Shown here: positions 44,009 to 52,739 of the stretch, in pieces
Position numbering within the stretch: the stretch's first letter is position 1
Layout of the letters: the number at the start of each line of letters is the position of its first letter
Assembly (NCBI GenBank): GCA_965262115.1
Contig: OZ253496.1
Span: forward strand, 1,248,001 to 1,312,000
Direction: 5' to 3'
DNA: 64,000 nucleotides
Origin: Nitrospinales bacterium
GTDB lineage: Bacteria; Nitrospinota; Nitrospinia; Nitrospinales; VA-1
Made by a program: the position numbers and the translations under genes
Notes under the pieces: generated by a model
The model's input: the letters and a program-made list of their open reading frames with translations, nothing else
What the model was told of the DNA's origin: nothing
Database searches by the model: none

Positions 44009-45753
44009 ATGCAACCCATTCCTCAAAAAAAATTATTAAAAGATATGAAATCGTTACGGATAAAAAGGCCGGTGGTGCCACCTATACCCCTAAAATATTA
44101 GCTGATTTTGTTGCAAAAAAAATTATGGGAATAACCGGGAATTTAAAAACTGGGTCCTCGATTCGAATCCTTGATCCAGCAATTGGTGACGGAGAGTTAC
44201 TCATCAGCCTTCTAGAACAGATTCCTCACCCAATCCATCGGCAAATCAAAATATTTGGTTTTGAGATGGATCAAAAAGCCCTTAATCTGGCTACTTCCCG
44301 TATAAAACAAAAATTTCCTGCAGTAGACACACATTTTCAGCTTGGGAATTTTCTAAACTATGTTCTTGAGAATTTTGGGCAGGGTGGAAACGGAAATTTA
44401 TTTCAAACAGAAGTGTCAGAAGCCTACGACCTTATCATTGCGAACCCTCCCTATGTTCGAACCCAAATTATGGGAGTGACGCAAGCACAATTATTGGCAA
44501 AACAGTTTGGTCTTTCGGGCCGGGTTGATCTGTATTACGCCTTTATTCTTGGTATGGCCTGGGTTTTAAAGCCCAACGGAATCGCCGGAATTATTGTCTC
44601 AAACCGCTTTATGACTACCAAATCTGGCGGCCCTGTGCGGAAAGCATTGCAACAGTTGTTTAATCTCCGACACATCTGGGATATGGGAGATACAAAAATT
44701 TTTGGTGCTGCTGTTCTACCCGCTGTTCTTCTGGTTGAAGGTAGAAACGGCAAAAAGCCACAAACTCCTGCCGTCACTTCCATTTATCAGACAACAGAAA
44801 TTGGCAAGGAAAGGGTTTCCAACCCTATCGATGCCTTATCTAAAGAAGGTATTGTCGGGCTCGCAGATGGCCGAAGTTTTCTTGTACAACATGGAAAGCT
44901 TGAAACAGATGGAACCTTCGATGGTGTATGGAGGGTGGCTACGAAGTCAGTTAATACCGGGCTGGCTATTGTAGAATCCCACACGTGGGGGACATTTGGG
45001 GATATTGGAAAAATCCGGGTTGGTGTTAAAACCTGTGCCGATAAAATATTTATTCGCTCCGATTGGCAGGATATACCAGATGAAGAAACCCCAGAGATTC
45101 TAAGGCCTCTGATTACGCACCACAGTGCGCGTCGCTTTAAGGGTTTGGTCCCGAAAAAAACAAGGAAAATCCTTTACCCGCACACTATTGTGAAAGAGCA
45201 ACGGCAGACAATTAATTTATCAAATTACCCACGTACAAAAACATACTTGGAACGCCACCGACTGGCCTTGGAAGGCCGTCATTACGTCATTGAGGCCGGG
45301 CGTGAATGGTACGAAATATGGGTTCCTCAGGACCCGGAAGCTTGGGATAAGCCTAAACTTGTTTTTCGTGATATTTCAGAAAAACCAACATTCTGGATCG
45401 ATCAAGGGGGAGCAGTCGTTAATGGGGATTGTTACTGGCTTGTTTGTCTGAATAGATCCCAAGCAGCCCTTCTTTGGCTGGCAGTAGCGGTAGGTAACTC
45501 TACCTTCATTGAGACATTTTACGACTACCGATTTCACAACAAGCTTTATGCAGGGCGACGGAGGTTCATTACGCAATACGTTGAAAAGTTTCCTTTACCT
45601 GACCCGACCAGCCCTATTGCATTGGCTATTATCAAGAAAGCTAAGCAAATTTATCAATGTACCCCGTCAGCCGAGGTGTACAAACTGGAAAAGGAAATAA
45701 ATCGGTTAGTGTATCAATCCTTCGGTTTAGTCTTCGAAGAAGTTGGCGGGTAA
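44009..45753 (+). CDS. Type II N6-adenine DNA methyltransferase (gamma class, TaqI/Eco57I-like); 5' end apparently frameshifted at an A8 tract
   Basis: YTP motif lies in frame upstream of the track start at 44125; LDPAIGDG, IANPPY; the ATG at 44009 is in frame only if the tract is A9. Confidence 0.88.
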
Positions 45754-46788
45754 TGGTATCTGTAGTTTTTTATTCAAAACCTTTCCTTGAAACTGAGGGA
45801 ATCGATCAAAAAAATTTTCCCCGGTTGTTAGAAAAAAATGCGTTAAAGTCACTTCCCTACCATCTGTTTCTCCATAAAAAAGAGCATACCGCACATCGCG
45901 GTGCCGGATTTGTTTTCCTCCGATGTTAGGCACGTCCAGAGGTTCTACACTGCCAGGACACACCAAACCAAGATCGATTGTCGGGGAGGTCTGAAGTTTT
46001 ACTTCAACCAATTGATGTCTCACATCCGGGAATTGTTCATCATCCCGATAATCAGAATAACCAAGCTTTTTGCAGATAAGCCGGTGAAGTTCTGCGCCCC
46101 GGTTTCTTTCTTGATCATGACCGCTATAGGAAAATCTTCGGCCTACAAGGGTACCCAACCGTTCAAAAATTACCTTGATTGTTAAGAGTCGGTTTCCCTC
46201 CGGTTGAGCGGTAGGACTATCAGAACCTTTTAAATCGACCGAGGATACAACAAAAGGCCTGAGCAACACCGTATCTTTTTTCGAAATAAGTTCCGTTAAA
46301 GTTTTTCCAATAATCAAGCGTGCCTGATATTTTTGAGTCAGGGTCCCAGTTTTGTCCAAAGCTGCCAAAATGTCTCCTGTGACCACCTTTACCCGCAAAA
46401 TAATATTGTCATCACTAATGCGTATAATTACATAACGTCGAATAGATGATATCTCTTCATTCCAGACTTGGAGATTATTCTTTTTTTTGGTGTAGGTATC
46501 GAAAAATTGCCCTAGGAAACGCGGTTTTGTTTTTTTGAAGGATAGTGGTACCGGATAGCCAAGTGCCTGACAAATATATTCCTTGACCACCTTAGAGCGG
46601 GTCCTAAGGGGTAGACCATGAAGCGAGATTCCCTTGAGCTTCTTGTTTAGTATTTTTTCAAGTACTATGGTTGGAACCCAAAGGTTTGAGTCGCCAATCT
46701 TAATAGGGTCATATATTGATAAACCACTCCGTCTGATGGCTTTAACATATCGTGTCCCAGTATCCGAATTATTTGCCATCTTTGCCAC
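45727..46788 (-). CDS. Putative type II restriction endonuclease
   Basis: FPDV...VEVKLQ PD-(D/E)xK motif; convergent with the MTase and downstream of a C gene. Confidence 0.8.
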   Translation of the reverse strand: MAKMANNSDTGTRYVKAIRRSGLSIYDPIKIGDSNLWVPTIVLEKILNKKLKGISLHGLPLRTRSKVVKEYICQALGYPVPLSFKKTKPRFLGQFFDTYTKKKNNLQVWNEEISSIRRYVIIRISDDNIILRVKVVTGDILAALDKTGTLTQKYQARLIIGKTLTELISKKDTVLLRPFVVSSVDLKGSDSPTAQPEGNRLLTIKVIFERLGTLVGRRFSYSGHDQERNRGAELHRLICKKLGYSDYRDDEQFPDVRHQLVEVKLQTSPTIDLGLVCPGSVEPLDVPNIGGKQIRHRDVRYALFYGETDGREVTLTHFFLTTGENFFDRFPQFQGKVLNKKLQIPLPANFFED

Positions 46789-47026
46789 CTCTCTTGGTTA
46801 AGAGTTTTTGAACACTTACACCGAGAGCCGTGGAAAAGGTTTCTAATGTACTAAGAGTCACATTCCTCTCGCCCCTTTCCACAGAGCCAACATACGTCCT
46901 GTGCAGATCGCATTGGTCAGCAAGCTCCTCTTGGGATATGTTTTTTTTATTTCTGTAGGCACATATGTTTTCCGAAAGAATTTTCGTTATTTCTTTGCTG
47001 GGTTTTCTTAGTGATTTTTTTCCCAT
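46769..47026 (-). CDS. R-M controller (C) protein, XRE HTH
   Basis: SQEELADQCDLHRTYVGSVERGERNVTL. Confidence 0.9.
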   Translation of the reverse strand: MGKKSLRKPSKEITKILSENICAYRNKKNISQEELADQCDLHRTYVGSVERGERNVTLSTLETFSTALGVSVQKLLTKRGGKDGK

Positions 47027-47077
47027 TTGCTCTGGAGAGGATTAATTACACATTATGGGATATCTTTAACTTATGAT

Positions 47078-47103
47078 GCCTTTAAGTCTACAGATTTTAA
47101 GTA
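47078..47103 (-). promoter_or_regulatory. Double C-box operator
   Basis: Minus strand TACTTAAAATC-TGTA-GACTTAAAGGC resembles the GACT-N3-AGTC-TGTA-GACT-N3-AGTC pattern. Confidence 0.7.
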
Positions 47104-47137
47104 GCTTTTTATCGACGTGCATAAATGGGCCGAACCC

Positions 47138-48031
47138 TGAACTTCCCCTGTTTTAGTGGACAGTTAGTTAAGAGGCATAGGCCTGTTTCTCGAATTCGGC
47201 AGGGCTGAGATAGCCGAGATATTAGTGACGGCGTTGCCGATTATAAAACACTTCGATATATTCAAAAATATCCTTCTTTGCTTGCTGACGGGTTTTGTAG
47301 TTCCGGTTATGAATGAGTTCCACTTTGAGAGTATGGAAAAAACTCTCCGCCACGGCGTTATCCCAGCAATCGCCCTTCCGGCTCATACTGCACTCTATCC
47401 CATGAACATTGAGCAAGGCTTGAAAATCGTTGCAGGCATATTGAACCCCCCGGTCAGAATGGTGAATCAATCCCGGTTTCATGCCGCCGTTCTTCATTGC
47501 CATATTTAAAGCTCTCATTACCAACCAACGGGTTATCCAACGATCCATGGCCCAACCAATAACTTTACGGTGGAATAAATCCAGCGTCACCGCAAGGTAT
47601 AACCAGCCCTCTTGAGTCGGGATATAGGTGATATCCGAAACCCAGCATTGACCGGGCTCAGCAACATTAAACCGCCGTTGCAGTTTGTTTTTTGCCACCG
47701 GGTGATTATGTTTGGAATCGGTTGTCACCCTAAACTTTCTTTTGTGCTTGGCAACGATTCCATGCTCGCGCATAAGACAGGCAATACGATGCCTGCCAAT
47801 GGCATATCCCTTGTCTTTCAAGTCCTCATGAATTCTGGGACTGCCATAAGTCTGGCGACTCTTCTTATAAACGGTTTTGATCTCATCAACCCATCGCTGC
47901 TTCTCACGGCTCCTCAGGCTCTCGGGGCGGCTCAGCCAGGCATAGAACCCACTTCGTCCCACTTCCAGAACCCGGCACATCGGGCTTACCGGAAATGCTT
48001 CTCGATGATCCCGTATAAACCGATATCTCAT
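47138..48031 (-). mobile_element. IS3-family remnant: right inverted repeat plus orfB with a premature stop; orfA and left end missing
   Basis: End TGAACTTCCCCTGTTTTAGTGGACA at 47138; [38 protein letters not shown] read-through at 47222-47224. Confidence 0.9.
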
Positions 48032-48064
48032 TGGGAACCCTTCTAGTACCCCTTGTATGTTGTT

Positions 48065-48280
48065 CATAAGGGGAATTTGTAGTAGTTGTACCTGTGAGCC
48101 CTGTGGGAAGCCGGTTTTGTGTTTTCCACAAGGCTCACAGGGTTTGATTCAGGGCACAATAGATCGTTTACCCCTTGGGCTTTTAAGCCCGTCCCGAAGC
48201 GCAGATCGTTGTGTCCTGTTTTGATTAACCCGAACAGTTGCCTGGGCCACTGAGCCCGCATCGGCAAGGCTGGGAGACCA
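48065..48280 (+). ncRNA. Predicted bridge RNA (5' hairpin, target-binding loop, donor-binding loop); exact ends uncertain
   Basis: Hairpin 48091-48141; target loop closed by 48150-48160/48208-48218 with guides at 48167-48175 and 48193-48199; donor guides at 48234-48241 and 48265-48268. Confidence 0.88.
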
Positions 48281-48284
48281 AATT

Positions 48285-49235
48285 ATGAATCAGAAACCCC
48301 ATTTTATTGGCATCGATATTTCTAAACTCCATCTGGATGTTGCTGACAGCATGACTCAAGAAACCTGGCAAACCGCTAACAATGAAGAAGGGATTGCTGG
48401 TTTGGTCGAGAGTTTATCCGCCTTAAATCCTCCATTGATCGTTTTGGAAGCCACAGGCGGCTTAGAGATCCCGTTGGCTTCGGCCCTGGTTGCGGGTCGA
48501 CTGCCAGTAGCCGTGGTCAACCCACGGCAAGTTCGTGATTTTGCCAAAGCCACCGGGAAACTGGCAAAAACCGATGTCATTGATTCTCTTGTGCTGGCCC
48601 ATTTTGCCAAGGCCATACGTCCTGAGGTCAGGAAAATCAAAGACGAAGAATCTCTTGAACTCTCAGCTCTAGTGACACGCCGTCGCCAGTTGATCGAGAT
48701 GCTGACCAAAGAAAAAACCCGTCTAAAACAAGCTCCAAAATGGATATGTAAAGACATTAAGGAGCATATCGAATCTCTTAAAAAACGCTTGCGAAAAATC
48801 GATGGCGACCTTTCCAGAACCATCAAAAACAGTTCTGCCTGGCGTGAGCACGACCAGATCATACAAAGTGTTCCCGGTGCCGGTCCCGTTCCGGCTGTCA
48901 ACCTCTTGGCCGGGGTTCCGGAACTTGGAGTTCTTAATCAGAAGCAAATCGCCGCCCTTATCGGTCTCGCTCCCCTCAATCGGGACAGCGGAAAGTTCCG
49001 GGGCCGCCGGTGTATCTGGGGCGGTCGCGCCAATGTGCGTGCCGCTTTATACATGGCCGCCGTCACTGCCATGCAGCATAATCCCGTGATTCGTACCTTT
49101 TACACACGCCTCATCGAAAAGGGCAAACCCTTTAAAGTTGCCATTACCGCATGCATGAGAAAGTTATTAACGATCATCAATACCATGATCAAAACAAAAA
49201 CACTCTGGAATGAAAATCTCATTGCCAGCACTTGA
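48285..49235 (+). CDS. IS110-family DEDD recombinase/transposase
   Basis: GIDISK, LEATGG, KTDVID (DEDD); C-terminal GLAP...DSG serine motif; 316 aa. Confidence 0.96.
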   Translation: MNQKPHFIGIDISKLHLDVADSMTQETWQTANNEEGIAGLVESLSALNPPLIVLEATGGLEIPLASALVAGRLPVAVVNPRQVRDFAKATGKLAKTDVIDSLVLAHFAKAIRPEVRKIKDEESLELSALVTRRRQLIEMLTKEKTRLKQAPKWICKDIKEHIESLKKRLRKIDGDLSRTIKNSSAWREHDQIIQSVPGAGPVPAVNLLAGVPELGVLNQKQIAALIGLAPLNRDSGKFRGRRCIWGGRANVRAALYMAAVTAMQHNPVIRTFYTRLIEKGKPFKVAITACMRKLLTIINTMIKTKTLWNENLIAST

Positions 49236-49402
49236 CATTTAACACAGTTGCTTCGGGGCATGAAGACAAATGAAGAGGACATCACAACCGATGAGGGGTC
49301 ATAACATGCTGCCAATGAGCTATAGTTCGTTGCGCCGAAAAGTCAATCGAACGCATATAGGGCTGAGAAAACTATTCACTTACCAGAAAAAGTTGTTGCT
49401 AT

Positions 49403-49423
49403 TGAGTCCAGCGTCACGCTGGT
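49403..49423. repeat. 21-bp palindromic repeat (exact inverted copy at 63810-63830, partial at 52614-52626)
   Basis: TGAGTCCAGCGTCACGCTGGT. Confidence 0.75.
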
Positions 49424-49504
49424 GGGGAGTTTTGGGTTGACGTTTAGCACGGTTTGGGAGAAGCTTGGTGCCTTCCATGAAATATTGAAAAGGTCTGTCA
49501 AATT

Positions 49505-49984
49505 ATGAAACGAAATTCCATTTTTCGGGACGAACTTCCGGGAGAAAAGAAGAGCATCATCAATCTGTTAATGACTGGCTACATCGTTGTCATCTCCTGC
49601 CTGGGATACGCTGCGTTCTTTCTCTACATCCAACTTGGGCAGATTGAAAGAATTGTGGGAACCATGGACACGCAGAATTTAACACCTGATCAAATGGAGT
49701 TATTAAAGAACCGGATCATTCGCAGTGCCAGGCAATTAAAAAATGAAATGGTCGGAATGGCTATTGTAGGGAGTCTGGTTTCGATTATTGGCGGATTTTA
49801 TACCGTCAGCATGATTATCAAACCCTTGAAAAAACTGGTGAGGTTTGCAGAGGAGCGGGGGAAAACCGAACTTCCCGAAATTAAATCCAATACCGAAATC
49901 AAACAGTTGGCAACGGCCATCACACAATTAACAGAAAGCCTGAATCAGACTGCCTCCTCGGAAAAAGAACAGCTACCTTCCTGA
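49505..49984 (+). CDS. Two-TM protein with a HAMP-like segment and no output domain
   Basis: Two TMs, then IIKPLKKL...EIKQLATAI. Confidence 0.75.
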   Translation: MKRNSIFRDELPGEKKSIINLLMTGYIVVISCLGYAAFFLYIQLGQIERIVGTMDTQNLTPDQMELLKNRIIRSARQLKNEMVGMAIVGSLVSIIGGFYTVSMIIKPLKKLVRFAEERGKTELPEIKSNTEIKQLATAITQLTESLNQTASSEKEQLPS

Positions 49985-50037
49985 GCGAACAAGAAGCCTT
50001 TTGGCTCAAGAGTCATTGTGGTCCCTGACCTTGCCGC

Positions 50038-50562
50038 TCAATTCGTCTTTGAAGCGTAAGACCTCTCTTCCAGGAATGCCCACCTCCTCCAATAACTGAA
50101 CATAGTATTAAAGGTCAGGGTTTCTTTCAAACGCAGGATCGCCTTCTGGATCTTCGGCTGTACAACCGGCACCAGATCGTTGCAAAGCAGTTCCACAGGA
50201 AGCGGTTCATTGGAAAGCCGGGCCATGAGGGTTGAAACTTTAGAAATCCCCAGATTCCGCCGGAAAACTTCCCGGTCCTTTATTTCCATTTTTATATACT
50301 TCACGCATTTTTCATGGAGGACGAGCCTCTGCTTCCAGGGTTCAGTTTTTTTCCATTGCTCAAATCGAATTTTGACGGGTTGGACTTCTTGCAACTCACG
50401 GAGCTCATCCATACGGGATAGGTAATCTTTTTGGAAGGCTTTTTTGACCTCGATTCGATTCTGCAATTCGTCATCGCAAGATTCCTCCGCAAACTTCTTA
50501 TCATTTTTTCTTTTTTCTTTCCATTTTTCATAATGCAGGAGGATCACCTCCCCGCGTGTCAT
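50038..50562 (-). CDS. Hypothetical charged helical protein; start uncertain
   Basis: Long ORF; its upstream extension to 50682 runs into a repeat. Confidence 0.65.
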   Translation of the reverse strand: MTRGEVILLHYEKWKEKRKNDKKFAEESCDDELQNRIEVKKAFQKDYLSRMDELRELQEVQPVKIRFEQWKKTEPWKQRLVLHEKCVKYIKMEIKDREVFRRNLGISKVSTLMARLSNEPLPVELLCNDLVPVVQPKIQKAILRLKETLTFNTMFSYWRRWAFLEERSYASKTN

Positions 50563-50659
50563 GGATTCAATTTCCTTAAAGAGCTGCTGAGCCTCCTTAA
50601 CATGAAAAGACTTGGCCTGTTCAGCCGAGATAAACGGTTGCCAGTAAATAAAAGTTTTG

Positions 50660-50724
50660 CCAGTTGTACCCCTCCGGGGCATGAAACTTATATAGGAGAT
50701 ATCACAGGCCCACGCCGAGTGGGG
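50660..50724 (+). repeat. Composite repeat downstream of purH
   Basis: TACCCCTCCGGGGCATGAA 50667-50685 ... GATATCAC ... GGCCCACGCCGAGTGGGG 50707-50724. Confidence 0.85.
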
Positions 50725-50729
50725 TCTTC

Positions 50730-52280
50730 TTAATGTTTGAAATGGCGGGTGCCGGTAAACAGCATGGCTATTTTGTGTTCGTTTGCCGCTTGTAAAACTT
50801 CTTCATCTCGAATGGAGCCGCCCGGGGAAATAATGGAAGTGATGCCATTTTTCGCAGCTTCGTCAATGGCATCCCGGAAAGGGAAAAACGCATCCGAGGC
50901 CATGACCGCACCCTGCAAAGGCTTGCGTGCCTTCTCGATGGCGACGCGGGCTGAATCGACCCGGCTCATCTGCCCCGCGCCAATACCAAGAATTTCCCGG
51001 TCTTTGGCATAAACAATGGCATTGGATTTAACATGCTTGGCCACGATCCAGGCGAATTTCATATCCTCCATTTCCCGGTCATCGGGTTTTCTTTCGCTGA
51101 CCACCTTGAGTTGGTCCTCGACATAGGTCAACAAGTCCTGGCTTTGGACCAACAGGCCGCCGCCAATCCGCTTCAAATCAAATTTTCCGGCATCCTCGGT
51201 CGATCCCATTTCCGGCATCTGCATAAGCCGAACATTTTTTTTCGCGGCAAACAGTTTCAAAGCTTCCGGATCAAAACCCGGCGCCACAACGGCTTCGACA
51301 AAGTTTTTAACAATTTCATCCGCAGTTTGGACAGTAACCGGCCGATTGAACCCAAGGATTCCCCCAAACGCAGATATCGGGTCCACCTCCCGGGCGACGA
51401 TAAACATTTTTAACTGGTCCTCGCCCTTCCCCACACCACAGGGATTGGTGTGCTTGATAATCGCTACCGCCCCTTTATCAAATTCCTTGACCAACTCCCA
51501 GGCAGCATTCAAATCTATAAAATTGTTAAAAGAGAGTTCTTTACCCTGAAGCTGTTTGGCAGAAACAATCTCTGACGGTAATGGAGACATTTCTTTATAC
51601 AATGCGGCGGACTGGTGAGGGTTTTCGCCATAGCGCAGTTCCTGCACTTTTTCAAACGGCTGGTTCAGCAGAGGTGGAAAGTTGGCATCTTCTTGCCATT
51701 TTCCGGTTAAATAAGTTGATATCAAGGAATCATAACGGGCAGTGTGCGCAAACGCGTCCCGGCACAGCCGCCTGCGTGTTTCAAGGGTCACGACTCCAGC
51801 TTTTATTTCCTCCAAAACCGGACCATACTCGTCCGGGTTCACCAGAACCACCACATCCTCGGAATTTTTCGCCGCCGAGCGAATCATCGCAGGACCACCA
51901 ATATCAATATTCTCAATGGCCTCTTCCAGAGAACAATCTTTGCGTGCTACCGTCTGCTCAAATGGATACAGGTTGATCACCACCAAGTCGATGGGCCGAA
52001 TTCCATGAACTTCCATTGCCTTGACATGTTCCGGCACATCTCTGCGAGCCAGAATCCCGCCGTGGACCCTGGGATCGAGCGTCTTGATCCTGCCATCCAT
52101 CATTTCCGGGAAACCGGTATAGTCGGAGACCTGAATCACAGGGACTCCACCCTTACGCAATAAGTCCGCCGTGCCACCGGTGGAAAGTATCTCGACACCG
52201 GATTTCTGCAGTTCGAGAGCGAACTCCAATATACCGGTCTTATCCGATACGCTTATCAATGCCCGTTGAATGGGTTTCAT
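50730..52280 (-). CDS. purH: Bifunctional AICAR transformylase/IMP cyclohydrolase
   Basis: ALISVSDK, IDIGGP, RYGENPHQ, KHTNPCG, SDAFFPF, RHFKH. Confidence 0.98.
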   Translation of the reverse strand: MKPIQRALISVSDKTGILEFALELQKSGVEILSTGGTADLLRKGGVPVIQVSDYTGFPEMMDGRIKTLDPRVHGGILARRDVPEHVKAMEVHGIRPIDLVVINLYPFEQTVARKDCSLEEAIENIDIGGPAMIRSAAKNSEDVVVLVNPDEYGPVLEEIKAGVVTLETRRRLCRDAFAHTARYDSLISTYLTGKWQEDANFPPLLNQPFEKVQELRYGENPHQSAALYKEMSPLPSEIVSAKQLQGKELSFNNFIDLNAAWELVKEFDKGAVAIIKHTNPCGVGKGEDQLKMFIVAREVDPISAFGGILGFNRPVTVQTADEIVKNFVEAVVAPGFDPEALKLFAAKKNVRLMQMPEMGSTEDAGKFDLKRIGGGLLVQSQDLLTYVEDQLKVVSERKPDDREMEDMKFAWIVAKHVKSNAIVYAKDREILGIGAGQMSRVDSARVAIEKARKPLQGAVMASDAFFPFRDAIDEAAKNGITSIISPGGSIRDEEVLQAANEHKIAMLFTGTRHFKH

Positions 52281-52302
52281 CAAATAAAGAAAAATGTTAA
52301 GT

Positions 52303-52467
52303 TTATTGGGGAAGTTTTCTTTTGGGAGCCGGAGACTTCGATATCAGAAAACCCGGGGTCAGCGCACTGATCAGCTTCAATAACCAGACCGGAAAAGAGC
52401 CGTAGGACTCCCAAAGCGCGGGTTCTTCTTTCTGGGGTTGGGGTGCAGTTTTCTTGGGATCGGTCAT
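52303..52467 (-). CDS. Candidate 54-aa small protein upstream of purH (not in the ORF track)
   Basis: GGAGAGGTG RBS; MTDPKKTAPQPQKEEPALWESYGSFPVWLLKLISALTPGFLISKSPAPKRKLPQ*. Confidence 0.55.
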   Translation of the reverse strand: MTDPKKTAPQPQKEEPALWESYGSFPVWLLKLISALTPGFLISKSPAPKRKLPQ

Positions 52468-52554
52468 CACTCACCTCTCCATGATAAAAGGGTTCGGAAT
52501 ACAAATGAAATGCGAAGTCTACACTTTTTCCCCTAATTTTTAAATAAAAATCCG

Positions 52555-52739
52555 CCGGCCACTTGGCACCAGTACCCCCTCCGGGGCATGAAGGCAAATG
52601 AGGGGGCACCACACGTGACGCTGGACCCAATGAATAGTAGTTTCTTCAGCCGAGAGACCCTTTTGCTAACCCAAGGCGGTTATTGCTGGTTGACCGTTCT
52701 CACCTTAGCCTTCATGCCCCGGAGGGGTATGCCTAGTGG
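52555..52739. repeat. Composite repeats in opposite orientation
   Basis: AGTACCCCCTCCGGGGCATGAAG 52571-52593 and CTTCATGCCCCGGAGGGGTA 52710-52729. Confidence 0.85.

Larger units (their letters stand above)
48052..49252 (+). mobile_element. Complete IS110-family element (IS621-like) bounded by a duplicated CT core
   Basis: Left junction TACCC-CT-TGTATG, right junction ACAGTTG-CT-TCGGGG; removing the element restores an intact repeat module. Confidence 0.93.

Noticed and set aside
48032..48267. ORFs 47904-48131 and 48064-48267, and the 5' extension of IS3 orfB to 48067
   Set aside because: They overlap the structured non-coding left end of the IS110 and have no recognisable protein features
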